Part shown: in pieces, positions 56,198 to 64,000 of the stretch
How the letters are laid out: each line of letters starts with the position of its first letter
Position numbering within the stretch: the first letter of the stretch is position 1
Assembly: GCA_043721755.1 (NCBI GenBank)
Contig: JAYSQC010000294.1
Span: forward strand, 20,839-84,838
Length of the DNA: 64,000 nucleotides
Source of the DNA: Schlesneria sp.
GTDB taxonomy: Bacteria > Planctomycetota > Planctomycetia > Planctomycetales > Planctomycetaceae
Reading direction: 5' to 3'
Notes under the pieces: generated by a model
What the model was told of the DNA's origin: nothing
Database searches by the model: none
The model's input: the letters and a program-made list of their open reading frames with translations, nothing else
Position numbers and translations under genes: made by a program

Positions 56198-56793
56198 CTG
56201 TGGCGTGGAATGCCATCCCCGGCGGGACGCCGATCGACATCTCGGGCCTCAAGGTTTCCGGAATTCGCAACCGGCAGGAGCTTTCGGTCGCGGAAGCCGA
56301 AAATGTCCGTAAGGCCATCGTCAAATACCTTGGCGGTCCGCTGACACGTCGGACTGCCAAGTTTGACCTTACTTGGATGCTAAAACTCCACCGCGAAATG
56401 TTCCGCGACGTGTGGAAGTGGGCCGGTGAGGTTCGGACGACCGACCTCAATCTCGGTCCGCCGTGGTATCAGGTATCCACTCAGCTTCATGATCTGTGTG
56501 CCGATCTGGCCTATTGGGAAACGCACTGGCCGGACGTGGTGGAGCAGGCGGCTCACCTACATCATCGCGCAGTGCAGATTCATCCGTTTCTGAATGGCAA
56601 TGGTCGATGGTCACGATTGCTCGCCAACATCTGGCTCAAGCTTCACAAATTGCCGGTGACTGAATGGCCAGAAGACGCGATCGGGGAGACCAGTGTGATT
56701 CGCGATGACTATCTCGCAGCCGTCCGCGCTGCCGATTCAGGAGACTATGCTCCGTTGATCGAACTGCACCGCCGATTTGCGGCAAAGCCATAG
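56194..56793 (+). CDS. Mobile mystery protein B (Fic/DOC family)
   Basis: The Fic motif HPFLNGNGRWSRLLAN is present. The protein is about 200 aa and is paired with the upstream HTH gene. Confidence 0.85.
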   Translation: MTVAWNAIPGGTPIDISGLKVSGIRNRQELSVAEAENVRKAIVKYLGGPLTRRTAKFDLTWMLKLHREMFRDVWKWAGEVRTTDLNLGPPWYQVSTQLHDLCADLAYWETHWPDVVEQAAHLHHRAVQIHPFLNGNGRWSRLLANIWLKLHKLPVTEWPEDAIGETSVIRDDYLAAVRAADSGDYAPLIELHRRFAAKP

Positions 56794-57252
56794 CAGTCCG
56801 TCAGCGAGACCGTGCTGGGGATGGCGATGGTGATCAATTCATTGATGGCCCGGCCGAGGGCCTTACCGAATAGCAGTATTCGCCGACGCTCTTCCGGCTT
56901 CGTGTGGACCCCTCCACCCAATCGGCTACGTAGGCGATCAGGGGCAGCAGGGGGTGGAAAAGTTTGGCCATCGGTGTATTGTGTGTTCTCGCATTCTGGA
57001 AGGGATTTCACATTCGTTGTATCCCGCTTTGTGTAGGAGAAAAGGCCCGAGACCGATGATCGATACAGGCCATCTGTGACAGGTTCTGTGACGGCATTCC
57101 AGACCGCGCAGAGCATCCGGTTCGGAGACCGACGGCCGATTCCTGTCACAGTTGTTGTCACAGAAGCCTTGATAAAAGATGGAAAACATCTAAAAATCTG
57201 CAATGTGTGGAAACGCCGAGAGCGTTGCCCGTGACAGAGATTCCCCTTGTTT

Positions 57253-57447
57253 TCAGGCGGTTTTCGCGAAAACCGCTCGATTCAATTGGCGGCCTACGGA
57301 ACCGAAGGGCCGCTTCCATTGATGCATCTGAGACGAATGAACCGAGTAGCGGCTCGATAACTGAGTCACAGTCTCTTGTTCACGAACTGCTGCGGTCGCG
57401 ACCTTCGCCTTGAAACTCACACTGTGAGACTTCCGCTTCCCTGGCAT
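57253..57447 (-). pseudogene. IS3-family transposase OrfA (HTH) fragment
   Basis: MPGKRKSHSVSFKAKVATAAVREQETVTQLSSRYSVHSSQMHQWKR matches the IS3/IS911 OrfA N-terminus. There is no OrfB or DDE part downstream. Confidence 0.5.
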
Positions 57448-57602
57448 TCTTCCCCTCCAAAAACGAACCCCGGAAATACTACCTTGTTTCCTGGTCCGGT
57501 TTGTGGGGTCCATAGTAGGTGGTCGGCCTCGCGATTGGTGTTCAGGGCGTAACGGATGCTCTGAACTGGAGGATGGAGTGTACATGACCATGCCACACCA
57601 CG

Positions 57603-57995
57603 TCACACGATTGGTTGTGGTGGAGTCTCTTTGGTTTCGAGCCACTTCCCATACACGATGAGAATGCTGCCCCAGAAGAACACAATCGCCGTGATCCACG
57701 TTGCCCATTTCGTCAACATCTCCATTGGATCTTCTCGTTCAGAGTCCGCAACCGTCCAGTTTTGGATTCGCTCAACAGTACCCATATGCGGTTTGTTGAT
57801 GGTTTTCTCTGGAAACTGGCGAATGTAGCTGTCCGAAACAATTGAGAACAATGCATCCAATTTGTGATTGAGTTTGTACTGACGTATGTCCGCTTCAACC
57901 TCCGCCAAACTCCGCTCCACAAATATCTGCCATCCAGCAGACACGAGAATGAGCACCATGCCGATCAATTCACAACGCTTTGCATTGAGCGCCAT
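57603..57995 (-). CDS. Hypothetical two-TM membrane protein
   Basis: ATG at 57995. Hydrophobic segments are LIGMVLILVSAGWQIFV and WITAIVFFWGSILIVY. The region is lower in GC. Confidence 0.3.
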   Translation of the reverse strand: MALNAKRCELIGMVLILVSAGWQIFVERSLAEVEADIRQYKLNHKLDALFSIVSDSYIRQFPEKTINKPHMGTVERIQNWTVADSEREDPMEMLTKWATWITAIVFFWGSILIVYGKWLETKETPPQPIV

Positions 57996-58094
57996 CACTT
58001 CACTTCCCATTGAGTTGGAACAACAGACAACAGAGTGACCGTCGATCAACGGAACGGGCGGTCCAACGGATCAGAGAATCGTACACACGCCTAG

Positions 58095-59474
58095 CTAAAG
58101 CCGCCGGTTCAACCGGTCTTCAACAATTTGCTGGATGACTCTCGAATCGAAGACCTGTCCGCCAAACAGCCGGAATAGTTGCTTGACGATCGATTCGACA
58201 TGCAACCCGATTGCCGAAATTGCGATCGACACTGGGATAGTTGCATGGGTAACAAAATCATTCTGCGTTGCGAGACCATGAGACCAGAAGAATCGCTCTT
58301 GGCTTCCGAGACGACGACCGGCCAATCCTTTCCAGCGAAGGGCAAAAGTGACGTGATTATCACTTTCTTCACCGCAAAAAGCCTTTGCGAACAACAGGAC
58401 AACGGCGATTACTTCTGCAATTCGAGCGGTCTCGTACACGAACTCCAAGTACTGCAGTTGCGGCTTCTGCGAGAAATCGCCCGGTAGCGGTTCGAGGTAG
58501 TAGAACTTCCCTGAACTCTCAATCCGGCTGAAATCCAGAATGTGGAAAACACCATCGTCGTAGGTCAGAACATCCATCCCACTCGGGTCGTATCGAACAT
58601 CGTCAATCCTTGCCGACATATTCAGGAATGCGACGAACGGTGCCCATCCTGACATGCGTTGGAAATGGCCAAACTGCTGCATGAATTCATCATCGAGGGT
58701 TGGCTGCTCGAACTTGCCACTGATCGCAGCAGAGACTTCGCGAGTTCCGATCTTCGGTAGCGGCTTCGCACGTGCTTTGACCTGACCGAGGTATTTGGAA
58801 AACCCGATCTCCAAGAACTCTTCCGCGAGTTCCTGGGCGTCTGGCCCCTTAGCAACCTTCAAAATCTCGAATAGGACTGAGGCGGTCGATTCGATGTCCA
58901 AGCCGGAGAGCTGCCGCCGCATGAATGCCCCGATATCCGCCTCTCGATTGTTGAAGCAGGTCTCCATGATTCGGGGCCAGTCCGAAAGTTTAGCGATGGA
59001 AGTGCTTGGCCGACCATTTGACTTCAGTGTTCTGACATAGACAGCGCTTTCCTGGACTAGAGTTCCGGCCTCATGCTCGGCCGTCGCTTGTCTGGGAAGG
59101 TTGCTCCGGCAGATGATCGGGGTGCGAATACCGGCTGGCACTTCGATGACAACTCGTTCCATTCCATTGAAGTCGACGAAATGAACTGTGATTTCGAATG
59201 CGTCAGATGCGTACTTGGTCACGATTTCCTGAACCACATCATGTTGGAATGCGGTTCGAACATCGGAAATGTGAGTACGATTATCCGTGGACCCATCGTC
59301 GTTCATGCCAATGACAAGGCATCCTCCATCAGCATTTCGCAGTGCCATGCACCCTTTTGCGATGATGGATTTTCCGAACTCTTCTGACGGCGGAAACCAA
59401 GGCTTGAATTCTGTATTCAGGCTCTCTCGTCCCGCTTGCAGAAGTTGCGTCAGATCGTCTTCGCTAAGGGCCAT
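58095..59474 (-). CDS. AlbA_2/Schlafen-like putative DNA-binding domain protein
   Basis: The N-terminus is LTQLLQAGRESLNTEFKPWF...GCMALRNADGGCLVIGMNDDGS, which fits the E..EFK AlbA_2 pattern. The roughly 300-aa C-terminus is unknown. Confidence 0.5.
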   Translation of the reverse strand: MALSEDDLTQLLQAGRESLNTEFKPWFPPSEEFGKSIIAKGCMALRNADGGCLVIGMNDDGSTDNRTHISDVRTAFQHDVVQEIVTKYASDAFEITVHFVDFNGMERVVIEVPAGIRTPIICRSNLPRQATAEHEAGTLVQESAVYVRTLKSNGRPSTSIAKLSDWPRIMETCFNNREADIGAFMRRQLSGLDIESTASVLFEILKVAKGPDAQELAEEFLEIGFSKYLGQVKARAKPLPKIGTREVSAAISGKFEQPTLDDEFMQQFGHFQRMSGWAPFVAFLNMSARIDDVRYDPSGMDVLTYDDGVFHILDFSRIESSGKFYYLEPLPGDFSQKPQLQYLEFVYETARIAEVIAVVLLFAKAFCGEESDNHVTFALRWKGLAGRRLGSQERFFWSHGLATQNDFVTHATIPVSIAISAIGLHVESIVKQLFRLFGGQVFDSRVIQQIVEDRLNRRL

Positions 59475-59551
59475 TTCAGAATCCTCTGCCGAACGATCCA
59501 ATTCAGTATTCAGTGTTCAGGGCGTGTCAAACGCATCACAGCTTGACGAAG

Positions 59552-59830
59552 CTACCCTCGATATCCCGACGCTCGAACGGCTCGCGCGGCGTGCAGAAAC
59601 AGCAATTCCCGGTCATAGGCCCGCTGGAAACCATCCAGGCGGAATCGGATGTACGACTCGGCCTTTCCCTCGGCCTGGAGCTTGTTGGCCAGATCGTTGC
59701 CACGCACTTCAAAGTCGTGCATGGCTTCCTCCAGTCCGCCGATCAGTTCGTCATACGCTCTTTCCCAATCAAGTCCTTTGGCGACCATGTCGCAAAGAAC
59801 CGTCCGCACGTTGTCTTCTGGATTTCGCAT
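59552..59830 (-). CDS. Hypothetical 92-aa protein
   Basis: ATG ORF between the HNH gene and the AlbA_2 gene on the same strand. Confidence 0.3.
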   Translation of the reverse strand: MRNPEDNVRTVLCDMVAKGLDWERAYDELIGGLEEAMHDFEVRGNDLANKLQAEGKAESYIRFRLDGFQRAYDRELLFLHAARAVRASGYRG

Positions 59831-59845
59831 GTCTTCTCCAAGGGT

Positions 59846-60874
59846 TCACGTAATTGTCATAGTCTCTGATGTCGTTTCGACACTGACCGTGATTCGTGTG
59901 CTATCAGGCGAGCCCAGTGGAAGGGTTTTTCTCACTGGAACTCCGAAATCGTAATCGAGACCGGCAAACGATGGGTAAGGTGGTATCGTCACCTTCTCGC
60001 CGACGAGGTGATCGTCCTTTGGGGTACAAGGCAACATGATTTGAAAACTCTGATTCATTGTGGTCACGACGTAGATCATTGACGGTAGAAGAGCAGTATC
60101 GTCCTTTCGCCGTAGGAGCAGCGACCATCCAAAACCGGGCTGCATGGGTCCTGGAAGGAACGTGTTGTAGCAAGACAACCAAGCGAAGTGCTGGGCATCC
60201 ACGGTGTGGTCGGGATTCATGACCCAGTTGATTGTGTGGCTGTAATTCGGCAAGTCTGCCTCTGGCATCACGGTCAACGCCATCTTTGCGAAACATTTGA
60301 AAACGGCCATCGGGACGAACGGTTGAGTCTCGGCGGTGACGACCATCTGATTCGACTCAGGTCGCAGCTCGACGATGTTGTCCGTTAGATAGTTCTGCAT
60401 TTCGATCATGCCGTTCACGATGTCGATCCGTGACTTGCCGGCTCGGGTCTTGTAGGAACTGATACCGCCCTTAGATCGGATCAGGGTCAACGAGCTGGTC
60501 GCAGATAGCAACTTTCCGAGATCGTTCTCGACGTTGCGAGCGAAGAGGCCGTTGCATGTATCGCATTCGTAAAACGAAATGATTGCCTTATTGCCGATAA
60601 GCTCCGGTAGGGCATGCGCAACGCTACGAAAGTTGACCGCCGGGGCCGATCGCCCACAAAACCGACAGTGCTTCAAAGCCCTGTCGCCAAGGTGGATTTT
60701 CTCTTCAGCAACCAAAGGGTAAAAATTCACGACATCATAATTCTTCGCAAAGAAGAGTTGTTGTTCGGCCACGAGCCAATCCATTAGATCGAAACCATCC
60801 TTGCTCCCACGCTCCGTGAACAGCCTGAAGGCAAGAGTTTCAATTTCGTGACGTGTACCATGCCGAATGGGCAT
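59846..60874 (-). CDS. DUF2934-like N-terminus + HNH (HNH_5-like) endonuclease domain protein
   Basis: IETLAFRLFTERGSKDGFDLMDWLVAEQ is DUF2934-like. CRFCGRS...FRSVAHALPELIGNK...YECDTCN gives a CxxC...H...CxxC HNH zinc finger. Confidence 0.55.
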   Translation of the reverse strand: MPIRHGTRHEIETLAFRLFTERGSKDGFDLMDWLVAEQQLFFAKNYDVVNFYPLVAEEKIHLGDRALKHCRFCGRSAPAVNFRSVAHALPELIGNKAIISFYECDTCNGLFARNVENDLGKLLSATSSLTLIRSKGGISSYKTRAGKSRIDIVNGMIEMQNYLTDNIVELRPESNQMVVTAETQPFVPMAVFKCFAKMALTVMPEADLPNYSHTINWVMNPDHTVDAQHFAWLSCYNTFLPGPMQPGFGWSLLLRRKDDTALLPSMIYVVTTMNQSFQIMLPCTPKDDHLVGEKVTIPPYPSFAGLDYDFGVPVRKTLPLGSPDSTRITVSVETTSETMTIT

Positions 60875-60975
60875 AACCGCAATCTCGCCTAAAACGACTC
60901 AAAAGAACACAATCTCGCCCGCCTGCCGGCTACTTCGTGGTGATGAAATGGCTCCGACGAACTTCCTACCATCAT

Positions 60976-62877
60976 TTAGACATCTGCCAAAGGGAAGCCC
61001 GCTTTCCGAAGTGCATCCATGATAGGAGGCAGAAAACGAGAAATAGTCTGTGTCTTCACATCTCCCCAAGGCATCTTCTTCTTCTTAGGGAATGTCATGT
61101 ACAGCAGCCTCCGTGAGCGAGTAACAGCCACGAATGCGTTCCGGCGCTCTTCTTCGAGGGCGCTTCCCTTCGCCCGATAGTCGGGAAATGTTCCTTCATT
61201 CATGCCGACGACGAAGACGACGTCGAATTCCATTCCTTTCGCAGAATGAACGGTCAGCAAGGCGACTCCATCCATCTTTGGCTGTTGGGTGGTGCCAAGT
61301 GCTACCTGACTGAGGAAAGTCCCGACGCTGTGTGCCCCACCGTGTTCGGAACGAACGAAATAGTCCCAATGTCGTCGCCATTCGCTAACATCGCGGACTA
61401 CGCGACTCCTCGATTCGTCGTCCAGCGTTGCCGAATGTGCCTCAAGGCATTCCAAAGCGGGAATGAGCTTGAAATCCAAAGGAGACCACTGCAAGCATTG
61501 AACCGCCGTACAGAGTATGGCAGCGTTGGATTCGGACGCCTTCGATGCAATCTTGTGGACTACATCCGTGCCGGTCATTTCCCGTAGATTCATCCCATCG
61601 TAGATGTCTTCCGCGACATTTCCCGCATTGCATGCCTTCGCCAGCATGGCAACGTGCAAACGGTCCAAGGGATTGGCCAAAATGCGGAGCGCCAATTCGA
61701 ATTGAGTTACGAGTTCAGACCCACTCTCGACGTTTGAAGCGGAGATTTTCTTGTTGTACAGGATGTCTTTCGCTTCCAGTGCCTCAATGACCGCAGTGAA
61801 CACGAACTTGTTGCGACCGAGGACGGCACACCTTTCCAGAACGATCGGCCCTTCCACATCCGGGTGACCATTTACAACGAGTTCTGAAATCTTTTCCGCG
61901 ACATACGAGGCTTCGTCGTCCTCATCGTTGCACTGATATATCCCCACCTCTCCATCGACTGGAAATACTTCCTCCGCTTCGTAGTCAGGACTGAGAGCCT
62001 GTGCGGCCGTGATGACTGATCTTGATGAGCGAAAGTTTTCACGGAGTTCGATCAGATTCGCCTTGAAGTCTCTCTGGAACAGGTCCAAGTACTTCGGGTC
62101 CGCACCGTTCCATGTGAAGATTGCTTGCTTCGGATCACCAACCAACATGACGTTGAAGTATTCTTTGCCGCAAAGCGAGCAGAGAACCCGGTATTGTGCT
62201 TCGTTCAAATCCTGTGATTCATCGACGCAGATGTACCGGAACTGCCGCCGATAGAATGATGCCACTGCCGGACGTTCTTCAAATAGCCGGTACGAAAGCA
62301 GCAGTAGATCGTCGAAGTCCACAGCGTGGCAAGCCCTGATTGCCGCATTGTAAAGCTCGTAAATGTGACGGAAGTCGACATCGTCGATAATGTCTGAAAC
62401 CATCAACGCATTCTTCGCATCGCTGATGCTCGTCATCCACGCATCGAGAAGCTTCCCTTGGTCCTTCGGTTCACCAGCAGCACGCAAGAGCCGACGTGCA
62501 TCAGGATCGTTTTGCACGGCTTCACGCAGGATCTGCTTCCGATCCGCGTAATTCTCGAAGATATGCGGCAAGCCCTCGACGCCAACTGATTTGCCTCGAT
62601 TCGCCAGTACCTCTACGCAAAAACTGTGCATGGTCCCAATGAAGGCACGCTCAGCGATTTGGGGAACACTTGAAAGACGTTCCACCATTTCGTTTGCGGC
62701 CTTATTGGTGAAGGTCAGGGCTAGCACGCGAAAGTGCTCTTCCTGGCGAGCAAGTAACCGGCGGATACGCTCTGTCAAAACCCGTGTTTTCCCTGAACCA
62801 GGTCCAGCGACAACTAGCAATGCACCGTCATCGTGATTGACGACTTGTCGTTGTGGCTTCGTCAGATTAATCGGCAT
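60976..62877 (-). CDS. gajB: UvrD/PcrA/Rep-family helicase (GajB-like)
   Basis: LVVAGPGSGKTRVLTERI, LTFTNKAANEM, YICVDESQDLN, VHSAKGMEFDVVFV and VAVTRSRR are present. It overlaps the upstream OLD-family gene by 11 nt. Confidence 0.8.
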   Translation of the reverse strand: MPINLTKPQRQVVNHDDGALLVVAGPGSGKTRVLTERIRRLLARQEEHFRVLALTFTNKAANEMVERLSSVPQIAERAFIGTMHSFCVEVLANRGKSVGVEGLPHIFENYADRKQILREAVQNDPDARRLLRAAGEPKDQGKLLDAWMTSISDAKNALMVSDIIDDVDFRHIYELYNAAIRACHAVDFDDLLLLSYRLFEERPAVASFYRRQFRYICVDESQDLNEAQYRVLCSLCGKEYFNVMLVGDPKQAIFTWNGADPKYLDLFQRDFKANLIELRENFRSSRSVITAAQALSPDYEAEEVFPVDGEVGIYQCNDEDDEASYVAEKISELVVNGHPDVEGPIVLERCAVLGRNKFVFTAVIEALEAKDILYNKKISASNVESGSELVTQFELALRILANPLDRLHVAMLAKACNAGNVAEDIYDGMNLREMTGTDVVHKIASKASESNAAILCTAVQCLQWSPLDFKLIPALECLEAHSATLDDESRSRVVRDVSEWRRHWDYFVRSEHGGAHSVGTFLSQVALGTTQQPKMDGVALLTVHSAKGMEFDVVFVVGMNEGTFPDYRAKGSALEEERRNAFVAVTRSRRLLYMTFPKKKKMPWGDVKTQTISRFLPPIMDALRKAGFPLADV

Positions 62878-64000
62878 GGCTCACCTCCGTGGTCGGTATT
62901 GGAAGGACGACTGGAAGCGGCCGAATCGCGTCCAACATGGTTTGAATAAATGGCGGGACGCGCTTCTTTTCGTCGGTGTGCAATGAAAGCGCAGGTGCGA
63001 CTCTGCCCCCATAGGCTGTCTTCTCCTTTCGCAGTTCAACCGCAATTGCAACCGGCGGTTTCTTCATCAGGTCCTTCCTCAATGCCTCCTGCGACCGTGG
63101 ATCGAGCGATTCCTTATCTGTTTCAAAGGCCACAATCATCTCGCACAGCAAGGGAAGGTACTCTGGTTGCGCCAGATATCCTTCGTAATCAAGCCCTCCG
63201 GGAATCGTGAACACGTTGACACTCGGAGGCAAGCCCGCCTTTTTGAGACAGTCATTTACGGATTTGATGTCGCCGGGTGCGCCGTCTGAGAAGATGCACC
63301 AAGGGATACTGAAGCGGTGTGCTAATCGGAGAAAAGGCGTATAGCGGTCCTTCCCCCCGACTCCAATGAATGAAACTCCGAGTTCGTTCGGATGGTAGCC
63401 CCAGTGTCGATGAGCGAAATGGGTGAGAGACTGTTCTTCGGTCTCTCCTTCAAAAAGAACGATGTGACGGCTGAAGAGCAAATCGCCCCGAGTATTCATG
63501 ACTTCGCGATTGATTCGTCGCAGGTCTTCAGGCGTGAGCTTGTCCGCAACCGAATCGAATCGCTGAATCTGGGTCTCACTTCCAGTCTTTCCGAATCGGA
63601 GGAACGTCCGAATGTCTGCTTGGGCACAGATGTAAGGCGAGTGGGTGCTGATGATTCGCTGACCGGGGATCTGGTCGATCTGTCCGAAGAGCGCTCTTTG
63701 AGCGTGTGGGTGGAGATGCGACTCTGGCTCTTCAATTGCAAGAAACGGATGAAGAGCCTCGGTCTTTCGAGACGACATCTTCCAACTCATGTAGGCGCGA
63801 AACAGCAACACGCTGGCCAAGCTACGTGTGCCCATTCCTTGCTTCGACAATGGAAACGCGGATGCCCCGGACGTTGAAAGCAGGACATCCATCCCCTTGT
63901 GTAGGTCACGAAGTCGCCGTGCCACGGGGGTGATTGAAACGCCATCCTTTTCACAATTCACCACGTCTGCGACGCTGGAAAGGTGGCCTTGGACATGAGT
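62867..64000 (-). CDS. gajA: OLD-family ATPase/Toprim nuclease (GajA-like), C-terminal part; 5' end runs off the window
   Basis: The ABC-type signature and D-loop region is FLAIEEPESHLHPHAQRALF...IISTHSP. The Toprim part is HIVLFEGETEEQ...FIGVGGKD...WCIFSDGAPGD. The frame stays open upstream of the track start at 63964 through to 64000. Confidence 0.8.
   Translation of the reverse strand, partial: THVQGHLSSVADVVNCEKDGVSITPVARRLRDLHKGMDVLLSTSGASAFPLSKQGMGTRSLASVLLFRAYMSWKMSSRKTEALHPFLAIEEPESHLHPHAQRALFGQIDQIPGQRIISTHSPYICAQADIRTFLRFGKTGSETQIQRFDSVADKLTPEDLRRINREVMNTRGDLLFSRHIVLFEGETEEQSLTHFAHRHWGYHPNELGVSFIGVGGKDRYTPFLRLAHRFSIPWCIFSDGAPGDIKSVNDCLKKAGLPPSVNVFTIPGGLDYEGYLAQPEYLPLLCEMIVAFETDKESLDPRSQEALRKDLMKKPPVAIAVELRKEKTAYGGRVAPALSLHTDEKKRVPPFIQTMLDAIRPLPVVLPIPTTEVSHAD

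Noticed and set aside
56745-57203. 152-aa minus-strand ORF
   Set aside because: It overlaps the Fic gene's 3' end and a repeat-rich intergenic region. It has no motifs and is probably spurious.
1-64000. rRNA, tRNA, tmRNA or riboswitch-like elements
   Set aside because: I recognised no cloverleaf-compatible or conserved RNA motifs while reading the intergenic regions. This was a visual scan only, so small RNAs cannot be excluded.

Overview
High-GC window that reads as part of a large plasmid or conjugative replicon. The host looks Planctomycetota-like, inferred from LExRxLLS-type N-terminal motifs, a giant S/G/T-rich protein and a short SecA paralog. About 1-12.3 kb is plasmid backbone: a partial large N6-DNA methylase, an addiction-module antitoxin, a MobF/TrwC relaxase-helicase, VapBC, small conserved plasmid ORFs, an orphan methyltransferase, ParA plus an RHH partner, RepA (RPA type), and an oriV with seven 18-bp iterons and a perfect DnaA box. 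About 12.8-29.5 kb is a cell-surface and toxin block. It holds a DUF4114 secreted protein, a SAM methyltransferase, a sulfotransferase-like/glycosyltransferase fusion, and a 2965-aa repeat protein. That protein ends in a HINT domain plus a polymorphic toxin tip, and is followed by immunity-like genes, a duplicated orphan HINT/toxin/immunity cassette and a third HINT remnant. About 29.5-39.4 kb is a T1SS-like cluster: a TolC-like OMP and three HlyD-type adaptors (one fused to a PqqD/RRE-like domain and an M50 protease, one fused to tandem GAF domains). Its only ATPase is a truncated SecA2-like protein and there is no ABC transporter; I rate this the most novel-looking system. About 40.3-49.5 kb holds an FHA-LuxR regulator and a five-gene hydrolase operon (M4 protease, dienelactone hydrolase-like, EEP nuclease with a CxxCH tail, NUC endonuclease-trypsin fusion, CDA-fold deaminase). 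About 50-64 kb is a defence-island-like mosaic: a protein kinase/P-loop ATPase fusion with an unknown partner, a solo DUF4338/DruA-like protein, a mobile mystery protein A/B (HTH + Fic) pair, an IS3 OrfA fragment, an AlbA_2/Schlafen-like protein, a DUF2934-HNH protein, and a Gabija-like OLD nuclease + UvrD helicase pair that runs off the window. I saw no rRNA, tRNA or CRISPR array. All family assignments come from motif recognition by eye, not from searches.
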